Assembly (NCBI GenBank): GCA_015680685.1
Contig: MNCI01002624.1
Coordinates: forward strand, 78,038 to 142,037
Direction: 5' to 3'
DNA length: 64,000 bases
From: Gnetum montanum
Lineage: Eukaryota; Plantae; Gnetophyta
In this document: piece by piece, positions 48,901-63,800 of the stretch
Position numbering within the stretch: position 1 is the stretch's first letter
How the letters are laid out: each line of letters begins with the position of its first letter
Notes under the pieces: generated by a model
The model's database searches: none
The model's input: the letters and a program-made list of their open reading frames with translations, nothing else
Told to the model about the DNA's origin: nothing
Made by a program: the position numbers and the translations under genes

Positions 48901-51900
48901 TTTAGATGATACAATGTGATGTTACTTATAAGTGGTATGAACTTGGTTTGAAACTTAGAAGGGTATTCTAATTATCACTTTAACCATGCATTACACACAA
49001 AATTCATTATGTTTATGGTAAAAAAAACTCACATCTCATTTTTTGCAATCCCTACTACTACCATTGCATGTTACTATTATATATAATGATAATTTGATGG
49101 TTTTGTATAGTGTTATTTTCTTATTAGAGTAATACTAACATGTGTATCTTAAAAGTCAAGTATAATTTATATTCAAATCCTTAAATGCCCATGAACACTT
49201 ATAGGAATGATTATACAAGGGCATTAGGGACAAGAGCTTGCTTTGAGAAGGACCCTGTTGTACTTACTTTAGCTTTTTATGTATAAGTTAGAGTTCTGAG
49301 TACATTCTATGGCTTCTTAGCTTAAAGCCATTTTCATAAGCCTAGATTCGACATCTTGTGTCATTTGTAACATAGTATATGGTCTCCATATTTAGCTCTT
49401 AAACAAAGTGATGTCTCACATTTTCTATAGCATCATTTTTGGTTCCTCTTCTATGGCTTCTAGTTTTGATGTTTAGCATCATTTCTTACATTGATTTTGA
49501 CTTAACTTTTTTTTCTTTAGAAAATTAGCTTTTTGACATTAAATTTCAATAACTCTTTGATATCTAGCATTAATTCTACCTTTTATGTTTGACATAAATT
49601 CTTACGAGAATCATCTACATGTTAATTCTATGAACTTTCTAGAAGATTATGTGAGCTCCAATGCATCATTTCTTCATGATCTATAAGATATTTCTAGTCT
49701 ATAAATTGGAGGATACTCCTAAATAGAAAGGGTTTTGTTGGTAATTTTAGTTGACTTTTGAAACATTCCATTAGCATATTTTGTTGATGTTTTTTGATCA
49801 TATTTGTACTAAGAATAATTAGTTCTTTATTTTGAAACCTTGGTGATTTGAAAATGCTTTCCAAAGATTTTGTCTCTCTATTGGAAAAATATTTTCTTGC
49901 TAGAAATATTAGTTTCTTTTATTTCTCTTTTTATTTTCTTTACTAATACATTTGTATCCTCCTTTGTGTTATCCTTTTGACACATAGAAAATGGCTTAGA
50001 ATCAAGTAAACACATTGATCTGATCCACCTCCTTTGCTAAGTTAGCTTTTAAATCTATAATGTTCTTATAATATTTACATTAGGCATATACATCGAAAAA
50101 ACAAATAGGCTAACATAGCTCCTCATTATGCATGTTTGTTCTCTAGTAAATCTCATAGAACATTTAATGTAGGTTTCTACTCGTTTTTATTTTTGTGATT
50201 TAGATTTTTATGTTTTAGCTTTTTCATTTCTAGCACCATCTAGATATACTTTAGATCTATTTTCTATACTTACTTTTGGATTTTTTCAATAAATAAGATT
50301 TTTTTTATTTTTCACTTTACTTTCAAATGTTTCTAATTTCAATTGCATGCAACATTTGTTTCATTTTACTTTATATTATTTCATACATTTTCTATTTATT
50401 TCTTATTCTATCAAATATTTCACACATGCTAATTTATAGCTTTTTATCTACTAGGATTTGAAAAAAAAAACATTTATCTTAGATTGTTAGATATTTCTAA
50501 TGATCTACAAGTATCCTTTTAATTTGAGGGATATAAATAAAAAGATTGGTTTCCCTAAATCATTTGGTAGCCATGACAGTTCCTAGCTTAGTTTCATATT
50601 AGATTGTGATAGGTCTCATATTACAATGTTCTTTACCAAAGCATATTTTTGGTGCTAGAAGTAGGACCTCTATGAACTTAATATTATTTCAAGGATTTTT
50701 GCTTTGCTTAAATTTTTAGACTCTTTTTCTACCCTTAATCTAAGTATTAGTGACATGTCACATTGAAATGTTGATGTCATGTTGATTCGCTATGACTTAT
50801 TCTTGTTAAACAAAAACTTTTCACCTTTTGCTTCAAGTGTAAACCTATTTGTAGAAATAAAGCTACGAACTAGTAATAGTCCTATGAAAATAAGAGTCAT
50901 TGCTAAAATCATGGATATGACATCATCCTTTGATTAAGGTTTCTCCAAGATTCAGAAGCTCATGGACTTGAGGAAAAATTAGGAATTTTCAGAAATATTA
51001 TGTTTGAAAGATTATAAAATAACCTGTGTCGAATTAGAGCTAGGCTATTTCTTAATACTAAACATGTTCAAGCTCATAATAAAATATGAGTAGGGTATTA
51101 ATTTATCATATTTTCTTCACAATCTAGATCATCCAATTGAAATGAATAATGAAGAAGCTAAGGAAGTTGTAGAATTCATCATGGAACAAAAGAAGATGTA
51201 GGAACACATATATCTACAAATTAAAGAGGCTAGGTTGAAAAAAAACCTAGAACAATCTCTTAGTTCTCACAACGTTCTTGGAGGAAGAAGAGAGGTGTTC
51301 CCTCTAATTCTATTATTCACTTGATAGATGAAAGAAATTTGAGTAAAAGACAAAGAAGAACACTTAATAGAGATTAGGAGAATCTCTTATGACTTTTTTA
51401 TTTTTCACTTATGCTACAAGTATGATAAATTAAGGATTAAGATGAGACATGTATGACCTCTAAGATTCTTTAGAAAGGTGTGATTTAATCTATGATCCTC
51501 AATCTTCTATGTATTTCTAAATATTTTGAGAGTTAATAAATGGTATGATTTTCTTTATTTCCTTGTGTTATTCTTATATTCTATGCTTAAATTATTTGGA
51601 AAAGCTATAAAATAGGTTCGTTTGGGGTCTATTGAAGTAGGTTCATACTAGATTAATATTAGAGAACTTGGTTTATAGAAATACACACATAAGTTAATGA
51701 TCTTTATTTACTTTTAGAAAAATTGAAGAATTGTTAAGCTTTATAGCTTTTAAGGATTTGGAGAATGTGGCATTGGTAAATATTGCTTAAATCTTATATG
51801 GTTAAGTTTCTTTTTAGTAAGTGAACACCCATTTTCTTGAAATAATAGGTTTTGAAGTCAATTATATCTTTATTATACTTTCTATTAGGATTTAGTACCT

Positions 51901-51978
51901 TGTTACCTTGAATTAAAAGGAATTTCTTGAAGATCACATCTTTTTGCTTTAAGATTTTACCTTAGCTTTATGAAGCAT

Positions 51979-53600
51979 ATGGCTTCTAAGAAGAAGAAAA
52001 ACCAAAAGCTTGGACAAGATCCTTAAGAGCACAAAGACTCCTTTAAATATTTTGTAGTTGAAATGTAAGAGGTTCTTCCCAAATTAATGACCAGCAAGTA
52101 CCAATATTTTGAAAAAACGTCAAGAAAAGATGAAGAGAATATTAAAGAGGAGAATTATTTTGCATCTATACAAAGATCAAGAATAAGAAATTATCAACAA
52201 AATCCAAGTAGAGAAGAGACTAGAACTAAAAGATATGAGAAAAGATTTTAGAAAGTGCTTTAAGAGTTACTCATGTAAATATTTCCATCTTCAATTTCCT
52301 CCTTAGCTTAGAGTTATGAATAAGTATTTTCTTTTTAAGTAACTTTATAGTGAGTCAATGATTTATATTATTGAGAGAATGCTTAAAGGATTAGTAGCCA
52401 AATGTTGGGACAAGAAATGTATGAAGTACTTTGAATAACATGGAAAGCCTATTAATAGTTGATAACTTATGAAATTCATGGTGAAGAAAAAGGTCAAGAA
52501 GGCATCCTCTCATCATGAAGCAACCAAGAAGTTAAATTTTCTTAGATAAGAAGATCAAGAGATAAAAGACTATTATGTTAAAGTTTATAAATCTTTGAAA
52601 AATGGTGATGTTTATTAGACTAACTATAAACAAGATTCTAACTTTAGTAGTGGATTAATGATGTAATATTAGTAAGAATTAGCATTCTTTGAGCCTAATA
52701 CTCTTGAAGAAGTCTATGATCTTATTTTTAAGGATAAAATAAAAAACATAAAGTTTGGCTTAAAGAAAGACAAATATCATAAGTAAAGGAATGATAAAGA
52801 CACAATTCAAAAATCAAGGAAATCATCCAAGGAGAATGATAAAGATAAGCAAAAGAAGAAAGAAAAATAGTCTACTTCTTTAACAAAGGAAAGAAGAATA
52901 AATATCAAGGTAAATACATAAGTTATAATTGTGGTAAATAGGATTATAAAGAATGGGAATGTACTAAATCAAAGAAGAATACCCATAAGGATAAGGAAGT
53001 TTAAACTGTACAAGAGGATGAGATTGAAGCTTCAAAGAAGATATGTGAAATTGAATCTTTGTATACTATTCATCAGAGTCAGTAAAATATTTATAATTTT
53101 TTTGAATATGTTAGTGCCAATGAGAATGTTGTGAGAAATAGTTTATTTATAACTAATTATAATGTTAAAGATTATTTTTTAAATATGCTTATTAATGGTG
53201 AAGCATAAACAATTTTGATTTCTATCAAGGTTATGAAGTCATTACATTTAGCTACCATTCCTTATCCTAATCTATATAAAGTACATTGGTTAATAAAGAA
53301 TCATTATAAGAAAGTTAAGAAATAATTCCTTATTGATTATTTTATTGGATATTTTCATGATCAAAGTGTTTGTGATGTATTACCCATTAATTATTTAAAC
53401 CTCGTATACAGTATTTCATGGAATTATGATCACAAGGATATTTTTAATATAGAAAATAATATTTGGACTTTGAAGTAAGACAATCATAAGTTCATAATAT
53501 CATCCACTATTATTGAGAGTAATGTTGGTACCTTGAATTTTTCATTGATACTTACTAGTTATAAAGAATTTGTATGGGTGAATGCTATTTATGATGTTGA
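51979..53600 (+). pseudogene. Very decayed chromovirus-like gag-protease remnant
   Basis: Parallels 121-1900: KKLNFLR*EDQEIKDYY, TLEEVYDL, YNCGK*DYKEWEC knuckle (~52925), MLINGEA*TILIS protease (~53186), HDQSVCDVLPI. Confidence 0.65.
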
Positions 53601-53682
53601 AAAGAATACATTTGTGATAGATGTTATGCATGAATATGTGATTTTCACTAGTATCCAATATTAATTATTAATGGTAGTAGTA

Positions 53683-54828
53683 TGTTGGTTGATGCTTTTA
53701 AGCACTTGTATTGGTAAGGAGATGCTGGAAGAATAATGAAGATAAGTTGGTAATAACTAGAGAATTACCATTTATATTTAGGCATTACACAAGGTTCTTG
53801 TGTAGATTCTAACAATTAATTTTTCTATATTCTTGTGCAAATTTTATGCAGGTTTGAGTCATCATGGGAATCAAATGTAGTTATTCCAAGGAGATGCTCA
53901 ATTGAAAGAAACATGACGAGACATAAGGAAACATCTTCAATAATAAGAGAATCTCAAAATCAAAACCTAATGCATTTAGTCATACTAGTTATGCTATGTG
54001 TGATGGTCATAGTAGTTGCTGAATATGATGGCCTTGATTCATGGGATCATGGTGTGTTCCAACTTGTAAAAGATCATTAAGAATGACATTTTTAAATGTG
54101 AAAAAGATAATGGGGACATCAACTATTCCTTGTCTAATCCTCAATGCATTTATGTATGTGTGTGTTTTTTCCTTTATTGGTAATGATTCCAATGTTTTTC
54201 ATGATGTTTTGAGGATTCTAGAAGCTTGTTGGAGGTGTTTGAACTTTAGTTGGGATGTCTCATTATTTTGAATCATGGCTAGAAATACATATTCTCTAGG
54301 TAAAAAGAATATCTTCTCTTGATAAAAGACATCTTTCCTAAAGACAAGATGTCTTCTTTGCATTAGATCTACATGTGAAAAGATGTTTTCTTCTATGTAA
54401 AGACATCATTTCTAGTGAAGAGATGTTTTTTGTATGAGTTCCAACAGATATAAAATTATAATTTTAATAATGGGAAAGAAAAAATGTCACATAGGAAGCT
54501 ATAAATAAGTGTCCAGGGATGTGTTCAAGAAAGAGTTAAGAGATAAAAAAATTAAGATATCTTCGATGAACTCATGCAAAGAAGAAATATTATCAAAGAA
54601 ATTTGAGTAAGAGGTAAGAGAGAGAACTTAAGAGAGATTAAAAGAATCTCTTATAAATGTCTTATGTTGAGCTTATACTCTAAGTTTTAGCAATTGATAA
54701 TTGATAGGTGTGTGGTGTTTAAGATTCTTGGAAGAGGTGTATGTTGAGCTTGGATCCTTAATTTTTGATGTATTTCTATACATTTTAAGAGTTAGTTAAT
54801 GAAATAGAAGTTTTTCTTGATCTCCTTA
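53683..54828 (+). repeat. LTR-like segment interrupted by the Athila-like insertion
   Basis: Starts TGTTGG after a purine-rich stretch; AAAGACATCT/AGATGT repeats; CTATAAAATAAG TATA-like at ~54499. Confidence 0.35.
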
Positions 54829-57800
54829 TGATGGGATGCGATATTGCGTCTTCCCCTGCGATATCGTGTACGCGATATCGCAGCGCACTGCCAAATCTAT
54901 ATATAAGAGGTAGCTCTCCCTTGTTTCACAATCTAGATCTAGACCCTTAGCGAAACTCTAGCAGTTTTACCACTCTAGAGATAGAATAATTTCCATGTGC
55001 CCACAGTAGGAGTTCCAAAGTGAACGGATCTTTATTTGAGCAAATATTGTACTTGAGCACAAGTTTGTGTANNNNNNNNNNNNNNNNNNNNNNNNNNNNN
55101 NNNNNNNNNNNAAGTATGGGAAGATAATGAATGATTAACCTTAAGTGTTCCATAAGACGTGTAGGCACTTAGTCTATGGAGTTCGACCAGATCACACATG
55201 TAATGATCATATTTGTATGGTTGAGTGTAGGGGTACCTCACCACTCATCATTAGCACCATTGTCGGGGACTAAGTTGTTTGTCCGCTAAGTAGAACGTAG
55301 GAAATCATCCACATCATTGGGAGCCTAAACAGACCCTTAGTGTTAATTAAAAGAAAAATTATATAACGGTTAATCAGCACATCGAATAAGACACAATGTC
55401 TTCTTCTTCGAAAAGAGCACTTCACCACCTAGGGATAATACTAAAAACAGTCGACAGCATCAAACACATAACCAAAATCTGCTAGGTCCTCAAGAATTCA
55501 ATGTGGTGTACATTCATCATGATGAATATGTACCCAATTTTACCTTTGTCTTCCATCAAGACAAACAGCTGCGTTGGAGAGATTTAGAAGGTAACATTGT
55601 GTTACCTCCAGATAGAGTCGCCCCCAACATGCTCCTTCATGCCCTTGCATGAATTGACATGTCAAAATTATATGCTGAGTACATTGCATGCGATTACAAT
55701 GCAAGGGACTACCATCCCACAGAAGTGCAACATTAATGGGATGAGCAGTGGAAGAGTTATCAAACATCATTGAAGGGCAAAGGCCCCTGTAATGCTTCAC
55801 CCGTTATAAACCAAATTAAGAGTGGTGAACCTATTCTCATAGGTTCTCCACCAAACAATGTTCCTCCTCCTAATGATGGTTAGGAGATGGTGGTTCAGAA
55901 CCTATGCTCCATGATCCACAACTCTGGTTCTGATCCCCATGAACACCAAGTGTTGAATGAGGGAACACGGACACATGACAAGGGTGAGCATTCCGATCGT
56001 CATCATGATTGGGGCAGGGAGAACCGAAGAGAAGTTAGGAGGCATCGTCATGGTGATGACTCTCCTTCTTCTTTACTTTCATCACATCATTCACCCTCTC
56101 CTTCCACATCAGGGTGTAGTCACAAGGAACACAACCATGAGGATAAGGGTAAGCAAGATGAGAGACCTTGACGAGAGAGTCGAGAGAGAGGATGAGGGAA
56201 TTCTAGAGAGTCAAGGCATGAAAGAAGGGAAAGTAGGGAACCACGTAGGCATCACAGATGTCATGAAAGAGATGACCATGATGAACCCCTACTAGCAACC
56301 TGGAGTATGTTAGATATTATGGAGGCTGTGAGAATACCTACAAGGCATCAAAAAGATAGCCAAATCAAGAGACTTGACATGAATAATATCCCCCGATTTG
56401 AGGGGGGATACAATGCTGATCTGTAGAAGCACTTATAGGCATTCCACAATGCCTGTGCCTTGTAGAATATTGAAAAAGAGTGGAAAAAGTTAAAGTTATT
56501 TTCTAGGACACTCATAAAAGGAGAAGAAAGTTGGTACCGGTCTTTAGAGCCAGAAACCATTAGGAGGTGGAGTACAATGTTAGAATTGTTTAACGATAAA
56601 TACCAAATGTACTCCAGAGTGTCCAACTTACGTAAGCAGATCCAAGGATGAAAGCAAGGTAATCACAAACCCTTGGATGCTTCCATGGGCTGATATTATG
56701 CATTGCTACATCGTTGCCTAGGCCATGGCTACACACAATGGGATCAACTTTGCTGCCTCGTAGATGGGCTAAGACATTAAACCAAGAGAAACCTTGGGAC
56801 ATATGCCCAAGGGAGATTATTTGAACTTAGATTCCATGAAATTCCTAGATTGTTGGAGTAAGTAGCTAAAGAAGAAGGGGAGCTATAGAAAATAGAAAGC
56901 GTGGAAGAGTACAACCACAATCCTTCCCTCTAAAAGAGGGGAGTAAGATTCTGTGAGGAAGAGGATGACTCATCACTCGAAGAGTTGGTGAATAGAAAAA
57001 CCTTGCCACTTTAGAAATTAACAATGGAAGTGTCAGCTAAGGTAGATGAAATATGGAGCTCCTTAGATAGTAAAATTAAAACTATCCTAAAAATCATAAA
57101 GGAGTCTAAGGAGGAATGAAGTAGTGATCATGATAAGAAAAAGTGGAGAGATTCAGACCATGCATGTAACAAGGGTAAGGAAAAAATGACTATCACCAAT
57201 GAGGTTGTGGATTCTGACATGGACAATGATGGTGGATGTGAGATTTGCCAATATGACCATCCTAAGGGATGTTGCCCAATAATCTCACATCTACAAGAGT
57301 CTGGGATGTATGCACTCAACCCAAGACTTAACAAACGGCAAGCATCCTAAAGGTTACCTTATCCCCAAGGTAACCCAAGGTAGTTCCACCAACCATTAAC
57401 ATATTATCCAAGTGGAACTCCACCACAACCTATCTGGCAACACCAGCAATGGCAATACCCATAGTCATGGGGGATGCCACTGCCTAGAGAACAATACCCT
57501 TATCGGCAACCAGACCCATATGGCTACTATGTGCAACAACTGGTTTCTCCAAGTGACTCTATGGGTCATGCAACCCCACAACATCACTATCTAGTTCAAG
57601 GGTACTTTTAGACTCCCTCTTCTGGAAGGGACACTCCACATGTATACCATCCTCCAAATCCATCTGTACCTCTTACGCCAGTAGCTCCACCACCAACTGC
57701 TCCAACAATGCCAAGGGTATTTCCCACTCAACTGCAACAACCCAATGTCATGAGAGCTTCCAATCCTCAATTCTCAGTTGGTCTTGACAATCTTATGTCA

Positions 57801-60800
57801 AAAATACCTTTCTTTAGAACCAATAATACAACTAAGCCCTCACCCTCACAAGCGGTTGAACATCTAAACACCTCCGTACCAAATAAGGTTTCGGGACCCC
57901 CTTCAAACCAAAAATTGAGCCCAATGCACATGGTTATGTTAACACATACTATTACCAACTGGATTAAGGTAGGCCTCCTTCCCAAGAAATTCTTTGATCC
58001 TGAAAGCCCCCTAATTTATCTCCAAGTCACTAGGAATAAACCTCATAAGGCTCTTCTTGACTCAAGCCCTAGAGTCAACTTAATCTCACAAGAATTGTAT
58101 AAAACCTAGAACCTGCCTCCACTCAAGAAGAGCAATATTCACTTAGAGTTGGTTGACCAGTCCATCACTATTCATTTGGGACAGGTTGAGGACATTGTTA
58201 CCACTGTGGGTGGTTGGTCATACCCAGCTAATTTCCTAGTGATTCAAATAAACAATGACAAAGGGGACTTCCCGATAATAACGGGAAGGGCATGGTTGAG
58301 TACAATAGATGCACACCTAGGAATCCGCAATCTTTCCCTAGAAATATCCAAGAAAAATACTTTTGGAAAGATTGAGAAGAAGAAAGTTCCATGCATTGCA
58401 TATAGTGACACAGGGTGCCATTATGTGCAGAAATCATGGGTGATGCGAAGTTTAACATTGCCTGCATGCAATCGGTGTGCACAAGACATTGACATACAAA
58501 AGTGCCTATATGCAGCAGCCACATGACAAGAAAACACCCAGTGGCTGATGACTGATCAAGAGAGCAACTCAATAACATGCATGGAACTAACTAAGGGGAT
58601 AACTAGTGCTTACATTGAAAGCATAGACGCACTAGAGCAAGTTCGTTGCCAACTTCCAGCCTTTAACTTTGAAAACATTAACTGGGGGAAGTTGGAGATT
58701 CCTGAGGAATTTAGACANNNNNNNNNNNNNNNNNNNNNNNNNNNNNNNNNNNNGTTTGGAATACATGATCCTTGAAAATGGAAAACTGGTAATTATTAAC
58801 GCAAAACTTGTCCCCAAGCAAAAAGAAAGCCTATTGAAAGTAATAAATAAATGGTCAAAAGCCTTTGCCTGGTCATATCCTGAGTTAAACGAAATAGACC
58901 CTAGGATATGCCAGCATAGGATTTACACGGACCCCTCCATGAAGCCTCGAAAACAACCATAGAGGCAATTGAATCCAAAATTGAAACAAGTAGTAAAAGA
59001 AGAGATAGAATAGCTCCTCAAGGTCAGGTTCATATATCCCATTGCTGATAGTGAATTGGTTAGTCCTCTAGTAATCATGCCTAAGAAGGGAGAAAAATGG
59101 AGGGTGTGTATAGATTTTAGGCTACTGAACATGGCAACATTCAAAGATCATTTCTCGTTGTCGTTCATTGACCAAGTCTTAGACACTATAGCGGGGCATC
59201 GCTATTATAGTTTTCTGGATGGGTAGAGTGGATATAATGAAATATGAATAGCACCAGAAGAGCAAGCCAAAACAATGTTCACTAGTCCCTAGGGAACGTT
59301 TGCATATAACCAAATGCCATTTGGCTTATGCAATGCTCTTGCCACATTTCAACATTTAGTCTTAAGCATATTTCAACAGTAGATAGGGAACGAAGTGCAA
59401 GTTTTTATGGATGACTTCTCCACTTATGGGACAAGCTTTGATCAAGCCCTAGACCAATTAGAGCAAGTGCTAAAATGATGTGTTGAAACCAACCTAAAGC
59501 TCAACTAGCAAAAAAGCCACTTGATGGTTCAAGAGGGCATAGTATTGGGGCATAAGATTTCATAGTTAGGAATAGAGGTGGACCCAGAAAAGGTTAAAGT
59601 TATCTAAGGAATCACCCGACAACCAGAAACTATCAAAGACATTCGGTCATTCCTTGGACACACTAGCTACTACAGGAGATTCATTGAGAACTTCTCCAAA
59701 ATTTCCAAATCATTGGTGGAATTAACGAAGAAGGATGCACCATTCGAATGGACCAGGGAGTGTGAACAAGCATTCCAAACTCTAAAATAGAGGCTTTTGG
59801 AAACTCCCATTCTACAAGCCCCTGACTGGTCCAGACCATTTCATATCATGACCAACGCATCTAATTATGCCTTAGGAGCCGTACTGACTCAGTTAGATGA
59901 ACAAAAATGCCCTTATTACATCCACTGTGCAAGTAAGAGTATCGTCGGTGCACAACTCAACTACACAACTATGGAAAAGGAATTAATGGCTATAGTGTTT
60001 GCACTGGACAAATTTAGGCACTATGTGTTAGGTTACAAAGTGTATATTCATATGGATCATAGTGCAATTAGGTTCCTCATGAACAAGCCAATGGTTAGCC
60101 CTCGTATTATATGGAGTTCGACTTAACAATAGTAGATCGAAAGGGCACCGAGAATGTAGTTGCAGATCACTTATCTCGGTTGCACTAGGACAACAAAGAG
60201 GATGAATATGTTGTATCTGATCACTTTCCTGACGAAACCCTCTTTTCCGGTGTAGTGAATAACCAACCCATAGGAACAAATTGGTATAGTAGCATTCTTA
60301 CTTATTTCCTTTCCCAACAAACACCACAGGGGTTGGACTTTAGGAAGAAGCAACAGTTTCTTCATAAAACCAGGTACTTCATGGAAATCAAGGGACAACT
60401 CTATAAAGTTTGTCCTGATGGCTTGGTTTGATGGTGTGTGCTCGATGAGGATCAATTAAGAGTTCTCTAAGATGCTCATGAGGGTTCCTGTGGGGGCCAC
60501 TATGCAGGGAGATGAACGACCATTAAGATCTTGCTTGCAGGATATTACTGGCCAATGCTATTTTGGGATGCCCATCAATTTGTCCAATCCTATGAGCGTT
60601 GTCAATGTGATGGTGGAATGACTACTAGAATGAAGGGTCCGCAACAATGGATTCAACCTTTGGAACCCTTCAACATTTTGGGAATAGATTTTATGGAGCC
60701 CATTACACCAATGTCCAATGGGAAAGCTTATATCATTGTTGTTGTTGACTATTTAACCAAATGGGTTGAAGTAGCTGTTGTAACAGACTGCACATTGTCT

Positions 60801-63800
60801 ATGGCTGCATGATTTGTATAACAACAAATTGTGAACAGGTTTGGTGTGCTGCATGCACTCATCTCTGATAATGGAATACATTTTANATGTGAGGAGTTTC
60901 CAAGTGGAGCGGTATGCCCAAAGAGCATCATTCAATTTCGTGCTCCAATCTCGCCTAAATTTGCTAATTGTTCTTGTTAATATTCTCGTAATCTCTTGAT
61001 TAGTGACCTCGACTTGGCCATTAGCTTGGGGGTGATAAGGTGTNCTATCATCAAATGAGTTACACAAGGCACATAATAAATAACATCATGACTTAGGAAT
61101 TTGAAGGGTTAAGTACCAACTAGGAGACAAGGTCCTTTACTAGAACCCCACGCATGTACCACAATGTACAAAATTTTAAACATTGTGGGAAGGATCCTAC
61201 ATTATTCATACGACCTTTCCCTAGGGAGCCATGACAATATACAAGCCTGAAAGCCTTGATAAGAGATTACTGGTCAATGTGCAATAAACCAAACCCTTCC
61301 ATGAACCAAGAACAACTAGTGCAAATTACACCTCTAATAATGGACAACCACGCTCCTTATTTTGGATCTCTCCCTTTCAATTCAGTCTTGGGGGAGATGG
61401 CCACCTATGCTAATCATTTGAGGCCCTTAGTTCTTTTTAGTTTTTGTTTTCCACATTTTTGTTTTACAATTTCTTTAACTTTTCTTGTTTTTTATTTTAC
61501 AACATCATCTATAATTTTTCATTTCCTTCTATTTGTGTGTGTGGGCGTTATTCATTTTGTCAAGCTTGTCATCTAATAAGTGCTCTAACTATGGTATGAA
61601 CTATTTTCTACTAGTTGCTAATGTTTGGTTTTTACCCTTAAGATTATGATGTTGATACTAAGGTATGGTTCTTTTGATATGATAGGAAATGAGTCCACTT
61701 CATCTGTACATCCACAAATTTCTATGGTCTCTCCTGGCTTGGGAATGTACAGTCCCTTTCCTTCAAATAATAAGAACTATAATGAATCGGTGACTGGGCA
61801 TTCCTCAAACTAAGGAAGGACTCAAAGATTGAAAAGGGTGTGACTTCAAGGGAACTTGGTGCATTTGTGTTGGCCATTTCTTGGGTGCTTAGATGTTTTC
61901 TTCTTGAGTTTTCTTACCATTCCGACATTGCCACCTTATTGGGAAGCCGAGCAAATAAAAATAACAAGGTCTTTGCATGGTGTGGTTCTCACATATAAAC
62001 ACCAGTAAATAAATTTAAAAATGGTGAGAATTCAAATCACACCCCTTAGATGAAATAATCATTTGGGCTACAAGCATTGGTTATGGAACTAAAATAAACA
62101 TATTCCCTCTAACTAAGGCCCTTCTCGCTTCCTATCTTCTCATCTTTCATTTCGTCGGAATGGTGGTGGCTCTTTGGAGAAGGCATTCTTGTTACTTCGG
62201 GAGGATGGATTAACCAAATGTATTAATGCAAAGTCACTGGATGTGGTTTTTTTTGAGGTCAGATTTGGAATGGGATCTACCAAGTCACATTAACCATGAA
62301 ATACACAAGGGGCTGTACATCACCTTGTTCTTGAGACTCCATTCCATTCTCTTCTTTCCATTGTTCACCTCATTATCGGTTCTATCATTAGTGTATATTT
62401 TACTTGATGCATTGTTTTCTTTCTGGTAAATTCTTGTGGTTAAGACTTTAACTCTTGTTCCAAATGGCATTCCCAGAGCCTACAAACTCTTTGAATGTGG
62501 GTTGTCAGGGCATTAAGGGCATGAGCCTGCTTTGGGGAGGACCCACTAGCATTCCTATTTGGTGCACCAGTTAAATTCTTTCCCTTAACATTTTTGCAAT
62601 CCACTCTGTTTTGTTCATTTCCATTTTGACATCCATTTCATCGACGTTATAGTTTTCTATTTTTCTCTATCTTTCTTGTTCTTTTTCTTTCTCCATTCTA
62701 TCGCTACTGGAGGTTCGCTCTTAGTCATGGGGGTCCTGACCCAATTTTTTCAATTTTTTCAATTTTCTCCTAACCCCTACACCTTCGATAGTCACCATTA
62801 TTATATCCTCAAATCCGCATCAGCCATACCAGAATCCAACCAATGGACCTTTTACCGAAGCAAGGTATTAACTACATTGTGATTCATTTACCCTTGCTAA
62901 TATAAAGACTGTGTTGTGTGTGTAGATGGCAATCATAAAACAACGGATTGGATCTAGAGGGAACACTTGGAATGGATTGGTGCTGAAGCAGCTATGCAAG
63001 GAACGAGATGGATGGTGCGCTTACAGATAGACAACGAAGGGTGCAATCTTGGCATTGGCAATAGCAAACTTCTTCTATCTTCTCTCTCTTCTCTTTCAGC
63101 TACCAAATCAAGCTTGATGTCAAATGTATAAGGTGTTCACTCTTGTTGTTGTGAACACTAGTTTTGTCTTGTTCTGTAATGATGATCTGTTCACATGTCA
63201 TCCCATTCACCATTACTTCCATTCAAGTCAATAATCCCATACCTTTCCAATATTTTGTAAGGAACTTGAGGATGAGTTTTTATTCAGTCATGGGGGTATG
63301 ATGGGATGTGATACCACCACAATATCGCATCCCCCGCGATATCGTGTCTTCCCCTGCGATATCGCATAAGAGATATCGCAGCGTGTTGCCAAATCTATAA
63401 ATAAGAGGCGGCTCTCCCTTGTTTCACAATCTAGATCTAGACCCTTAGCGAAACTCTGGCAGTTTTACCTCTCCAGAGATAGAATAATTTCCATGTGCCC
63501 GCAGTAGGAATTCCAAAGTAAATGGATCTTTATTCGAGCAAATATTGTACCTGAGCATAAGTTTGTGTACAGAAATCAAGATGAACTTTTGGATAAACCT
63601 TGTAGTGCATGGACTAAGCTAAATAGGACTTTAATTACTGTTATTTATTGTTCATCATTTAAATGATTTTTTAGTTAATTAAATCTCTCTCAACCCTTAA
63701 CTCCTAGTTAAGTGCATTCAGTACGACCGCTTCGAGCACGTGCGTTATGCTTGGTAATCCCAGCAACGAATAGCGTTTGATAATCCCAAAAGGTTGCATT

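Noticed and set aside
54829-55250. 5' LTR much shorter than the 3' LTR
   Set aside because: It contains an N gap (55072-55111), so the length difference is probably assembly collapse.
60887-61043. Integrase core segment ([12 protein letters not shown]...DALWAYR) inverted relative to the rest of pol
   Set aside because: Bounded exactly by single Ns (60886, 61044) with sequence missing on both sides; most likely a mis-oriented contig rather than a biological inversion. Long reads would decide.
62728-63063. Possible small spliced ORF before the 3' LTR (GT 62865 ... AG 62925)
   Set aside because: The intron would be only 61 nt, the reading frame is ambiguous and there is no recognisable motif.
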